Part shown: one piece after another, positions 38,796 through 47,672 of the stretch
How the letters are laid out: the number at the start of each line of letters is the position of its first letter
Numbering within the stretch: the first letter of the stretch is position 1
Assembly (NCBI GenBank): GCA_038891615.1
Contig: JAWADY010000001.1
Coordinates: forward strand, 64,001-128,000
Direction of reading: 5' to 3'
Source: Candidatus Woesearchaeota archaeon
Lineage (GTDB): Archaea > Nanobdellota > Nanobdellia > Woesearchaeales > ARS49
Length of the DNA stretch: 64,000 bases
Position numbers and translations under genes: made by a program
Notes under the pieces: model-generated
What the model saw: only the letters and a program-made list of their open reading frames with translations
Databases searched by the model: none
What the model was told of the DNA's origin: nothing

Positions 38796-39713
38796 TCATT
38801 TCTTTTTCCATCCGGTTCTGGCTCTCTCAAGCGCTTTCAGAACCCTTTTTTTGTCAAAACCATACCCTTCAACTAACAGTTCTAGAATAGCCGGTTCATT
38901 TATATCTTTCCACTTAATCTTGTAACGGTCTGTTATTGGCATTGTCTTTATGTGCTCAAAAACCTCTTGCCAAGAATATTCAAAGTTCCAACCAGCATCT
39001 CTGAAAAGCTTGTCAAAATCATTACCATACTGCTTCACAAGTTTAAGCCCTTTTTTTGGGCCTATGCCATGAATGCCTGGATTAAAATCTGTGCCTATAA
39101 GCATTGCAAGGGCAATGAGTTGTTTTTGGTCAATCCCAAGCTGCTGTAACAGTTCCTTGAGCTCTATAAGATAAGTGCCGGTAAGTACAAAACCTTTTTT
39201 TCTCGGTAGCCATCTGCGTTTTGCAAGACTAAAATTTACTATCATTCTTTTTGCCCCAAACAAAAGGCTATCAAAATCCTGGCTGGCGACCGCCCAGCAA
39301 TCTCCTCTTGTTGTCATAAATGCTGCCTGTGCTTCTGCTTCGCTTGGGGCCTGAAGCCATGGTACGCCTAAGCCTTCAAGCAGTTGCTTGCTGCTCAAAA
39401 GGACATGTTCGCTGACAGTTTCAGTTACTCTCGGTTGAAACTCTCCACGCACAATTCTTTCATGCTTACCTATTTCAAGCCATGGACCATCAAATACAAA
39501 AACAGGTTTTATTCCAATGCTCATCAACCTTGTTGTTCTGTAAAAAAGCCCAACAAGATGGCTAGTAAGCCTTCCTTTTCTGTCAGTGAGTCTTGGCATT
39601 GTTTTGAGAAACTGATAAAGTTCGATGAATGCATCTATTGCAATCGATTTTCCTTTTAGTTCTTTGAAGCTTATTGCCTTTCTTGGAACAATTGCAGAGA
39701 TATTAAAGCCCAC
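38796..39713 (-). CDS. Divergent flap endonuclease 1 (FEN1/XPG family 5' nuclease) homolog
   Basis: AIDA, LYQFL, TSHLVGLFYRT, VFDG, APSEAEAQAA, SQDFDSLLFG, GTDFN, GIGPKKG. GTG 39713 follows GAGGTGA. Confidence 0.92.
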   Translation of the reverse strand: MGFNISAIVPRKAISFKELKGKSIAIDAFIELYQFLKTMPRLTDRKGRLTSHLVGLFYRTTRLMSIGIKPVFVFDGPWLEIGKHERIVRGEFQPRVTETVSEHVLLSSKQLLEGLGVPWLQAPSEAEAQAAFMTTRGDCWAVASQDFDSLLFGAKRMIVNFSLAKRRWLPRKKGFVLTGTYLIELKELLQQLGIDQKQLIALAMLIGTDFNPGIHGIGPKKGLKLVKQYGNDFDKLFRDAGWNFEYSWQEVFEHIKTMPITDRYKIKWKDINEPAILELLVEGYGFDKKRVLKALERARTGWKKK

Positions 39714-39738
39714 AAATTTCACCTCGCTTTATAAGTTA

Positions 39739-40431
39739 TCATGGAATCATCTTTCTCTTTCTCAATTTTTGAGGAGTGTACGCTCTTTTGTGCGGCTTTA
39801 TTCGTAACCATTTCTTTTTCATTGCAACTTCCCATTGGGGAAGGAGCTTCTCCAACTTCCACACCCACAGCAGTCTCCAATCCCGCCATAATCCCTTCAA
39901 AAAATTTTTTGGCAAGCCAAGTTTTTCTGTGAGTGTTACTATCTTTTTTTCCGCCTCAGCATTCTTGATGTGGGCAGCCCTTCTACGCGGCCGACACCAC
40001 TCCAAAATTGGTGCGACCTTCTTCATTGCAGAGATTATTTTTTGTGCAGCCCTTGCTGCGGTGATACCTTTGTGATAACGCTTCTCCCTCAAGCCGCCCC
40101 AAAAATTAAAATCATAATGCCAGTGCTCAAGAGCCATTTTATGAAAAAAATCAAGTTCACGATGGTCGTAGCTTGCAATGTAGAATTTCAATGTCCGCGC
40201 ATCTAGTAGGTACCTAAAAATCTTTGCAAGCAGGGCCTCGTCTTGCTCATGACCAGAACGAACAATTTTAGCCGTGAGAATCTCATAAGCTGTTCCAGTG
40301 GTTGAATCGTATACGTCAAATATAACCTCTTTATGACGTCTTGCCTCAACAACCACAGAATGCCCTTTGGCTTTTAACTCCGCTGCCAGCTTTTCTTTGG
40401 CTTTGTCATGAAGTTCCTTGTACCAACTCAT
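39739..40431 (-). CDS. Basic Trp-rich protein with N-terminal PD-(D/E)XK-like nuclease pattern
   Basis: HDKAKEKLAAELKAKGHSVVVE...IFDVYD....AYEILT fits a restriction-endonuclease-like core; 4-bp overlap with the Thg1 stop. Confidence 0.55.
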   Translation of the reverse strand: MSWYKELHDKAKEKLAAELKAKGHSVVVEARRHKEVIFDVYDSTTGTAYEILTAKIVRSGHEQDEALLAKIFRYLLDARTLKFYIASYDHRELDFFHKMALEHWHYDFNFWGGLREKRYHKGITAARAAQKIISAMKKVAPILEWCRPRRRAAHIKNAEAEKKIVTLTEKLGLPKNFLKGLWRDWRLLWVWKLEKLLPQWEVAMKKKWLRIKPHKRAYTPQKLRKRKMIP

Positions 40432-41288
40432 CTTTCTTTAATCAGCTTTTCAATGAGCCTTTTACCTTCGCTGCTCATGAAGGTCTTCGGGGAAGTGTCT
40501 ACAACGATTTTATGCCTGACCACACGCACTCTTCTTTTTTTAATCGGATTGTAACCCACCTTTAAAAAGGGCTGTTTATAGAGGAGGATGCCCCATCTCT
40601 GCCATGCGGGTGTTTTGGAAAGGTCAATACCGTGCTTTTTGCAAAGCTTCTCAAGCTCTGCTGTTTTCATTCCAGATAGCTTTCTGGAAACCGATCGCGG
40701 TGAAAGACCAGCACGAAAGAGAACCTTCTGTGCCCATGCATTGTTATGATTTCTAAAACACTCTGCTTGGCGCCAGCGGAGATATTTGAGTATTAATCCT
40801 CTTTTACTTTTTTTGTTTCTACTAACTAGAGGAATGCATCTGCAGTCAAAAGCAACCACTTTCTTTTTCTTGAAAAGCCTGGCTAACTCATTTGTCAGTT
40901 TCGAGGAAGCAACTGCAGCAAAAATTGAATCAATCTTTTCAATCCGTCTAAAATTGACGGGTTTGAGAAACAAAAGGTTTATTTCGTCTGAGAAAATATA
41001 AGCCAAAGTGGGGTTAAACTTTTGAAATAACTCTTTTGTTGTTTCTATTAGCGCTTCGAGAAAACGCTTGTCAAAAGGTTTTGTAAATCTTAAACTTTTT
41101 GAAACAGAGTGAAATGCCCAACCGTCTAGCCTAACGAAAAAAGCTGTGCCAGGAAGTTCTATTCCAGAATAGACCTCATAATCAATGAGTGATAGCTTAC
41201 CACTGCTTGCTTCTGATTTTGGTTTTGGAAAGCCTAATGCCTTCCATGGCTTTTCGACACCTTTTACTCTAGAAGTTGACTGAGGCAT
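40428..41288 (-). CDS. thg1: tRNA(His) guanylyltransferase Thg1 / Thg1-like 3'-5' polymerase
   Basis: VRLDGWAFH, KPFD, YIFSDEINLLF, RIEKIDS, FDCR, WRQAE, WQRWG. Start at 41288 or 41318. Confidence 0.93.
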   Translation of the reverse strand: MPQSTSRVKGVEKPWKALGFPKPKSEASSGKLSLIDYEVYSGIELPGTAFFVRLDGWAFHSVSKSLRFTKPFDKRFLEALIETTKELFQKFNPTLAYIFSDEINLLFLKPVNFRRIEKIDSIFAAVASSKLTNELARLFKKKKVVAFDCRCIPLVSRNKKSKRGLILKYLRWRQAECFRNHNNAWAQKVLFRAGLSPRSVSRKLSGMKTAELEKLCKKHGIDLSKTPAWQRWGILLYKQPFLKVGYNPIKKRRVRVVRHKIVVDTSPKTFMSSEGKRLIEKLIKER

Positions 41289-41694
41289 GCTTTCGTGGGG
41301 TTTCAGCGACTTGTTCATGTAAATAGGTTAATATTCCTGAGAGCTCCTTGAATTTTGATGTGAAAAGTATTTTTCTAAACCTGGTGTTTACCTTCACGCC
41401 TCTCTGCTGCAACTCTGATTTTATTCTTTCTGCTAATTTATTTGAGTTTTTGTTGACATCAAAAATAAGTATACATTCTTTGCCTGATTCTATTATTTTT
41501 GAAAGAAGTCCGAACTCTGGCTTAGTGTAGAAATAAACATTTTTTATCTGAAGAGAAGAAAGAATGTCAGCGTCACTTTTATGCTGCACGAGAACAATCC
41601 GATCCCGCGAGGCATTCGCAAGGTGTTGCAGCCACTCTGTGAATTTGTGAATCTCTTCTTCTCCTTTTGGCTGTGGCTTGCGTTTTCTTGCCAT
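41269..41694 (-). CDS. Small Toprim-domain-like protein with degenerate active site
   Basis: IVLVQHKSDADIL (cf. VEGKxD), ILIFDVNKNSNKL (cf. DxDxxG), GVKVNTRFRK. Confidence 0.65.
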   Translation of the reverse strand: MARKRKPQPKGEEEIHKFTEWLQHLANASRDRIVLVQHKSDADILSSLQIKNVYFYTKPEFGLLSKIIESGKECILIFDVNKNSNKLAERIKSELQQRGVKVNTRFRKILFTSKFKELSGILTYLHEQVAETPRKHASVNF

Positions 41695-41807
41695 TTGCTC
41701 CCTCTTTTTTTCATCCGCTTAAGAGCATTTGCTTTTTAAGCTTTATGCGTTATACCAGCCTACGGGGCGCAATATTTAAAAAGCATAAATTTTAACTTTT
41801 TTTGAGA

Positions 41808-42482
41808 ATGGCTGAAGTAAAAACAGATGCTCAAGAGATAAAGAAAGGGCCAGTCGTAACTCTCAAGAGAAAGCGCTGGTATCAAATCATTGCTCCAAAG
41901 CTGTTCAATGAGCAGAAGCTTGGAGAGGCTTTTGTGGCAGAACCTGAAAAATTGATTGGAAGAAGTGTCGTAGTAAGTATGATGAGCCTAACAGGAGAGC
42001 CACAGAAACAGAACATAAACCTATATTTCAGGATAAAAGGGGTTGAAGGCGAAAAACTAGTTACAGAACTAGAAGGTTACAAAATAAGCACATCTGCATT
42101 AAGAAAAGTAGCGAGAAGGGGAAAAAACAAAATAGAAGAATCGCTGCTCGTGACAACAAAAGATGGCAAAAACATTCGTATAAAACCAATCCTTGTAACG
42201 AGCGGTAAAGCAAAAGGTGGCGCTATTGCAGCAATTCACAAATCTTTAAGAAGCCAAGTGGCTATTTTTGCTGCAAAGCTTTCATCCGAAGAACTCTTTT
42301 CACAAATTATTAGCAATAACTTTCAACGCACAATTGCTACTTCTATGAAGAAAATATATCCCATAAGTTTCTCGGAGATAAAATGGGCCCAGATTGTAAA
42401 AGTGCCTTTATTAAAAGCTGAAGAAAGCTCACAGCAACCTGTTGAATCGCAACAGCTTCCTGTGCAACCCAGCCAGCCTTAG
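41808..42482 (+). CDS. rps3ae: 30S ribosomal protein S3Ae (eS1)
   Basis: KRWYQIIAPKLF, LIGR, TKDG..IRIKP, KIYP. Confidence 0.9.
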   Translation: MAEVKTDAQEIKKGPVVTLKRKRWYQIIAPKLFNEQKLGEAFVAEPEKLIGRSVVVSMMSLTGEPQKQNINLYFRIKGVEGEKLVTELEGYKISTSALRKVARRGKNKIEESLLVTTKDGKNIRIKPILVTSGKAKGGAIAAIHKSLRSQVAIFAAKLSSEELFSQIISNNFQRTIATSMKKIYPISFSEIKWAQIVKVPLLKAEESSQQPVESQQLPVQPSQP

Positions 42483-42594
42483 AGTCCTGCTTCTTAATTG
42501 GTGATAATTAAATTTGATTCTGATAGCATGTTGCTTGCGTTATAATGAACTTTACTCCAAAAGTTTTAAAAAGCAATTTTTGTTAAATTTTACT

Positions 42595-43206
42595 ATGGAA
42601 CTGATAGCACATGGTGCAGAAGCAAAGCTATATCGCGATGGCGATAAGCTCGTAAAGGAAAGAATTCCAAAAGCCTACAGGCTGCCTGAACTAGATAAAA
42701 GACTGCGCGCCTTTAGGACGAGAAGAGAAGCAAAAATGTTTGAAAGGCTACAGGCACTGGGCTTTCCAGCTCCTGCGCTCAGAAGCTTTTCTGACACATC
42801 AATGCGAATAGAGATGGACTTTTTACATGGCACACCAGTCAAAGACGTACTTCAACAGAATCCAACTGAATTTGTACGAGAAATCGGAAGAAAAATCGGT
42901 CTGTTGCACAAAGCAGATATAATCCACTCAGACCTAACAACTTCAAATATGATTCTAAGCAATGGGGAGATAAAATTTATAGACTTTGGCTTAAGTTTTG
43001 TTTCTCAAAAAATAGAAGACAAAGCTGTTGATCTGCACCTTTTTGACAGGGCACTTTATTCTGCGCATGGCGATATTTATGAGCAGTGCATTCCTGCTTT
43101 GTTTGAAGGGTATCGCGAAAGCTATCCAGAAGCAGAAGCGGTTCTTGCGCGACTTAAAATTGTTCAACTAAGAGGCCGAAACAAGAAAAAACAGGCTATC
43201 GGATAA
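42595..43206 (+). CDS. bud32: KEOPS complex kinase/ATPase Bud32
   Basis: GAEA, KERIPKAYR, RTRREA, HSDLTTSNM, IDFGL, EDKAVDL, RGR. Confidence 0.95.
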   Translation: MELIAHGAEAKLYRDGDKLVKERIPKAYRLPELDKRLRAFRTRREAKMFERLQALGFPAPALRSFSDTSMRIEMDFLHGTPVKDVLQQNPTEFVREIGRKIGLLHKADIIHSDLTTSNMILSNGEIKFIDFGLSFVSQKIEDKAVDLHLFDRALYSAHGDIYEQCIPALFEGYRESYPEAEAVLARLKIVQLRGRNKKKQAIG

Positions 43207-43223
43207 TTTTGTTTTGCTCCTCA

Positions 43224-44105
43224 CTAAATTTTTTCAAGCTCCTCGGCAATTAAGCCACTCACATCGATTTTTCCAACTGGATTGGTTATTGTGTTTGTTG
43301 TGATGACTTCTGCGCCTGCCCGCTTTAGCTTTTCAAGTGCGCCTTCTGCCAGAATGCCATGCACAGCAATACACAAAATGCTCTTAGCACCAAGGCGTTT
43401 TACTTCTTTTATCGTTTCAATCATTGTTGTACCTGAACTGATTATGTCGTCAATAATTATAACAGGTTTGCCTTTGATTGGAATTGATTCTTTTATCTTT
43501 ATTTTTACCTTTCTAGCAGCATACCTCTTTTTTCGCAGTACAAAAGCATGCATTCTTAGTCTTTTTGCAATCATTGAGGCCCATTGGTAGCTTTCAACAT
43601 CGGGCCCTATTATTATTTCTTTCCTAAAACGTGTGCCAATAAAATCTGCAAGCAAGTTGTTTACGCTTAAAGTTTTTGTTGGAATTGTAAAAATTTCTCC
43701 AAGATTTCGCACTCTATGAAGATGTGGGTCGATGGTTATGAGGTGGTCAAGCGTGTTGCTCAAAAGCCAAGCCATTTGTCTTGCGCTAACACACTCACCC
43801 TTTTTGAATGATGTGTCTTGACGCATATACGCCAAATAAGGAATCACTCCAATTATCTTTTTTGCGCCTAGCTCTCGCGCAGTTTTTGCGGCAAAAACAA
43901 GCTCAAGCAAAGCTTCGCTTGGTCTTGGATGCATTGTTTGGACAAGAATAACTTTAGCGTCCTTTAGGGGCATGGTGAAGCGCAGATATATCTCGCCGTC
44001 AGGAAAATGGCTCACCTTAAGTGTCGAGAAAGGAACTTTTAGCTTGTTTGCAATGGCGCGAGCAAGAGCTGTGCTATTTGAAAGTCCTATGATCAGTTTA
44101 GACAT
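43224..44105 (-). CDS. prs: Ribose-phosphate pyrophosphokinase
   Basis: FPDGE, PYLAYMRQD, IDPH, IIDDIISSGTT. ATG 44105 follows GAGGTGA. Confidence 0.95.
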   Translation of the reverse strand: MSKLIIGLSNSTALARAIANKLKVPFSTLKVSHFPDGEIYLRFTMPLKDAKVILVQTMHPRPSEALLELVFAAKTARELGAKKIIGVIPYLAYMRQDTSFKKGECVSARQMAWLLSNTLDHLITIDPHLHRVRNLGEIFTIPTKTLSVNNLLADFIGTRFRKEIIIGPDVESYQWASMIAKRLRMHAFVLRKKRYAARKVKIKIKESIPIKGKPVIIIDDIISSGTTMIETIKEVKRLGAKSILCIAVHGILAEGALEKLKRAGAEVITTNTITNPVGKIDVSGLIAEELEKI

Positions 44106-44168
44106 TTTTGCAATCACCTCTTTCTTCATTCATTAAACAGAGCTGTTTCTTTTAAAATGTTACTGCAA

Positions 44169-44270
44169 TGGGGCCGGGAGGATTTGAACCCCCGTTGGAC
44201 GCAAATTGGCTTGTGTCAAAATTTGTTCGTCCCCAAGCGCCAGTCATAGACCAAACTAGACCACGGCCCC
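44169..44270 (-). tRNA. tRNA-Pro(GGG) with 27-nt intron at 37/38 (44204-44230)
   Basis: Acceptor GGGGCCG/CGGCCCC, anticodon stem GGCGC/GCGTC, loop TT-GGG-G|T, bulge-helix-bulge core TTGG/CCAA, T loop TTCAAAT. Confidence 0.92.
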
Positions 44271-44356
44271 TTTGGTTCGATGCATCATTTTGCTTAAAAA
44301 GCTTTTCCATAAGTTTCATGCAAAGATTTTTATTTAATTCAAACTTTGAGAGCAGA

Positions 44357-44788
44357 ATGGGACTTGACGAATTGGTCAAGAAATTTGTGATAGATTTCAA
44401 AATGCCTCTCGAAGGAGGTTATCTCTTGATTATGCGTGAAGTTAGCCAAACAAAAAGCTGTATGTCTTACATTTTCGTTGCGTATAATGAGTTGCAAAAT
44501 AAAAAAGTGATTCACAGCGATGTTTATGCCCTTTTTGGCAAAAAAATGTATTTACACCAAACTGACGATGATGAAAAAATTTGTCAATTATCTTTTGTCA
44601 ACATTGAGGAGAAAAGGACAATCTTTCCGAAGCGTCACAAATTGATAATGCCTGTTGTTCATGTAATCTCGCATCCAATTCTTCACCTCTCATGGCAAAT
44701 ACAGAATGAAAGCGAATTGGAGTTTATTGAGCATCTCAGCAGTGAATATGCAGTGAAAGTAAGAATAAAATACCTTCATTTTGTATGA
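44357..44788 (+). CDS. Hypothetical protein
   Basis: 143 aa from MGLDELVKK; the ORF-track extension upstream overlaps the tRNA. Confidence 0.55.
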   Translation: MGLDELVKKFVIDFKMPLEGGYLLIMREVSQTKSCMSYIFVAYNELQNKKVIHSDVYALFGKKMYLHQTDDDEKICQLSFVNIEEKRTIFPKRHKLIMPVVHVISHPILHLSWQIQNESELEFIEHLSSEYAVKVRIKYLHFV

Positions 44789-44866
44789 TACTAAACAAAT
44801 AGAACAAAAGACAATATAGTCTTTTCTAAAGAAACCTTAATAAAGCCTTCTGACCTGTCCAAAGGC

Positions 44867-46195
44867 ATGGCAGAAAAATTCAAACGTGTTCGTGGGACTA
44901 ACGATTTCTATCCTTTGGATAAAGCCAAGTTTAACTTTGTAGCTGAACGTTTAAAAGAAACTGTCAGAAGATATGGTTATCAGGAAGTGACAGTCCCATC
45001 TCTTGAGAGCTTCAGGCTTCTTGCTGCAAAATCTGGGGAAGAGATAAAACAACAGATGTTTACGCTAACGCCAAAAAGCGTGATAAAACAACCCGAAGAG
45101 GTGGAAAAAGAAGAACTTGCACTCATTCCAGAATTCACACCTGGAATGGCAAGAATGTTTGTTGCAAAGCAAAAAGAGCTTGTAAAGCCAGTTAAGTGGT
45201 TTACATTTGATAAGCTGTGGCGATACGAAGCTCCGCAGAAAGGTAGAGAAAGAGAATTTTATCAATTGAGTGTTGAATGTTACGGCTCTAGCTTTCCTGA
45301 AGCTGATGCAGAGGTTATAAACCTTTGTATAGATTCCCTAAAAAGTTTTGGACTCAGTTCAAAGGATTTTGTCGTGAAGGTCAACAACAGAAAGTTACTT
45401 TCAGGCATTTTATCTGACATTCTTCCAAAAGCAAAAGACCAGAAATCAGAGGTTATCAGATTGATTGACAAGTCGAGAAAGATTCCTGAAGAAACTTTTG
45501 ACAGGCTTCTCGCAGAGCAAGGGCTTGATGCAGTAAAGCGAGAGCGCATAAAAGCTCTTGTTTCTCTTCGTGGTGAGCCAAAAAAAGTTCTCGCGAAGCT
45601 AAAAATGACTTCTTTAAATGCTGAAGCAAAAGAGGGGTTTGTTGAGTTGAGCAAAATAATTTCATTAGTTCAAGATAAAAGTGTGGAGCTTGACCTTTCA
45701 GTTGCGCGCGGGCTTGCTTATTATACTGGCACTGTCTTTGAGGTTTATGATAAAGCCGAGACTTTAAGAGCAATAGCTGGAGGGGGGCGGTATGATGGTC
45801 TTGTAGAGCTTTTTGGGGGCGAGCCTACACCCGCTGTTGGATTTGGGATGGGTTATTCTACCCTTTCTCTATTACTAGATGCTAAAGGACTTTTACCAAG
45901 GAAAATAAGCGGAGTTGATTTTTATGTGGCTTCTGTCAATGAAAAAATGTCACAAAAGGCAAGAGAACTTACACAAAAATTAAGGCTGAAGTGGTCTGCT
46001 GAAACCGATCTTTTGCGGCGCAAGCTGTCAAAGCAGCTGGAATATGCTGCTTCGATTGGTGCAACCAAGGTTGTCATTGTTGGACCAGAAGAACTTAAAA
46101 AAGGCAAAGTGGTTGTTAGGGACATGGCTTCTGGAAAAGAAGAAGAGGTTTCTATTGATGAGTTACTTAAATACAATATAGTTAAATTAAATTAG
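44867..46195 (+). CDS. hisS: Histidine--tRNA ligase
   Basis: RGTNDF, WRYEAPQKGREREFYQ, RGLAYYTG, GGGRYD, anticodon-binding domain. Confidence 0.97.
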   Translation: MAEKFKRVRGTNDFYPLDKAKFNFVAERLKETVRRYGYQEVTVPSLESFRLLAAKSGEEIKQQMFTLTPKSVIKQPEEVEKEELALIPEFTPGMARMFVAKQKELVKPVKWFTFDKLWRYEAPQKGREREFYQLSVECYGSSFPEADAEVINLCIDSLKSFGLSSKDFVVKVNNRKLLSGILSDILPKAKDQKSEVIRLIDKSRKIPEETFDRLLAEQGLDAVKRERIKALVSLRGEPKKVLAKLKMTSLNAEAKEGFVELSKIISLVQDKSVELDLSVARGLAYYTGTVFEVYDKAETLRAIAGGGRYDGLVELFGGEPTPAVGFGMGYSTLSLLLDAKGLLPRKISGVDFYVASVNEKMSQKARELTQKLRLKWSAETDLLRRKLSKQLEYAASIGATKVVIVGPEELKKGKVVVRDMASGKEEEVSIDELLKYNIVKLN

Positions 46196-46265
46196 TCACC
46201 AAATAAAAATCAAAAAATAGAAGAATTAAAGAATCTAAAAAAACGAAACAAAATATAAAAAAAGG

Positions 46266-47333
46266 TTACAACGTCTCGATGCCGAGCTCGCTGTTAAAAT
46301 ACTTCGTTCTTTCGCTTGCTTCTTTTGGGTTAGGTTTGCCGAGCAGCCATGGGCTACTAACACCAGTAATTATTGTCATTACCATTATCTTTCCTTTCAT
46401 GTTTTCATTAACCCTTGCTCCCCATATGACATTAGCGTCTTCATCCATGGACTCAGTTACTAGCTCTCCAACCCTGTTTATTTCGTCTAGCGTAAGGTCT
46501 GGTCCGCCTTCAACATGTATGAGCGCACCAGTTGCGCCTTTGTAGCTTATCTCAAGCAGTGGATTCGAAAGTGCTCCCCTTACAGCTTCTTCAACCCTGT
46601 TTGTTGTGTCAGAGCTTCCAATTCCTATCGCAGCAACTCCGCCGCTTGACATTATCGCCTTTACATCAGCGTAGTCTAGGTTTACAAGTGATGGAATTGC
46701 TATCGTTTCAACTATGCCTTTTATCATTGTAGCCACAAGTTCATTTGCTACAGCAAACGCCTGTTGCACAGGCAGATTTCCAGCAATTTGCACAAGTCTG
46801 TTGTTATCAATAACTACAACAGTATCGCAGTTCTTTCTTAGCTGTTGTAAGCCAAATTCAGCCTTATCGACTCTAGCACGCTCGATCTTGAATGGCATTG
46901 TCACCGTCCCGATAACTATTGCCCCTGTCTCTTTGGCAACAGCAGCAACAACAGGCGCTGCGCCAGTTCCTGTTCCACCTCCTTCTCCCGCGCATACAAA
47001 AACCATATCAGAACCTTTCAACAGTTCCTTCAGCTGCATAATGCTTTCTTGTGCAGCTTCTGCTCCCTTTTGTGGGAATCCGCCACAACCAAGCCCTCTC
47101 GTGATGTCCCTTCCAAGCAGGATTTTTTTGTCAGCCTCGGTTATATCTAAGTGCTGTTTATCCGTGTTTGCAGCAATTATTTCAGCACCCCTTATCCCTT
47201 TCTTGAAAAGCCAGCTTACCATATTGTTGCCGGCTCCTCCAACTCCAACTACCTTTATGTTTGCCTGCCCAACCTGTAATTCTTCAAGGTTGGTTGGTTG
47301 TGTGTTCAGCGCGTTTTTGACAAGCAGATCCAT
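46266..47333 (-). CDS. ftsZ: Cell division protein FtsZ
   Basis: VGVGGAGNN, NTD, GGGTGTG, NLDYAD, IWGA. ATG 47333 follows AAGGAGG. Confidence 0.97.
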   Translation of the reverse strand: MDLLVKNALNTQPTNLEELQVGQANIKVVGVGGAGNNMVSWLFKKGIRGAEIIAANTDKQHLDITEADKKILLGRDITRGLGCGGFPQKGAEAAQESIMQLKELLKGSDMVFVCAGEGGGTGTGAAPVVAAVAKETGAIVIGTVTMPFKIERARVDKAEFGLQQLRKNCDTVVVIDNNRLVQIAGNLPVQQAFAVANELVATMIKGIVETIAIPSLVNLDYADVKAIMSSGGVAAIGIGSSDTTNRVEEAVRGALSNPLLEISYKGATGALIHVEGGPDLTLDEINRVGELVTESMDEDANVIWGARVNENMKGKIMVMTIITGVSSPWLLGKPNPKEASERTKYFNSELGIETL

Positions 47334-47410
47334 TTTGTTTTCCTCCTTTGGTCCTTTTATTTTTAATCGATAAGAAGAATTTAAAGCAAAAGCTAATGAA
47401 TTAAAAATGA

Positions 47411-47503
47411 AAAACAGGCTCTCGTTAATGTTTGGTGGGGTAGAAAGAAAGAGGGAGAGCCTGTTTTCAGCGTGAGTCATATTGCATCAATTGGATGCAA
47501 TAT
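47411..47503. promoter_or_regulatory. Two perfect inverted repeats upstream of ftsZ
   Basis: AAAACAGGCTCTC (47411-47423) / GAGAGCCTGTTTT (47455-47467); ATATTGCATC-N5-GATGCAATAT (47479-47503). Confidence 0.7.
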
Positions 47504-47672
47504 CCTTTTATTATAATTTTGTATACTGACATACAGAATTATTAACTTGTATATAAAGCTTTCGTTTTACTTTTTACTAGATTTTCATCATCGAAAATAC
47601 TGGTTAACAAAATGCCAAACTTTATATATTGGTTTCTATTCTTTTCGTCTACTCATCAGAGGGGGTGGCAGA

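Noticed and set aside
41197-41247. Short out-of-frame ORF MEGIRLSKTKIRSKQW* as a frameshifted Thg1 start
   Set aside because: An in-frame ATG exists at 41288 and no clear slippery site is visible.
37901-41694. Integrated element at tRNA-Leu
   Set aside because: No integrase and no duplicated tRNA 3' end were seen, and the Thg1 operon lies upstream of the tRNA.
44231-44240. Reading the Pro anticodon as TGG
   Set aside because: The stem GGCGC/GCGTC and the bulge-helix-bulge register place the loop at TT-GGG-G.
38674-44270. Acceptor-stem mismatches as direct evidence of 5' tRNA editing
   Set aside because: All three tRNAs in the window have perfectly paired acceptor stems, so the window offers no direct substrate evidence.
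44152-44400. ORF 44152-44400(-) and the N-terminal part of 44168-44788(+)
   Set aside because: Both overlap tRNA-Pro.
47334-47480. 49-aa N-terminal extension of FtsZ
   Set aside because: A strong RBS precedes ATG 47333, and the extension covers inverted repeats and looks non-coding.
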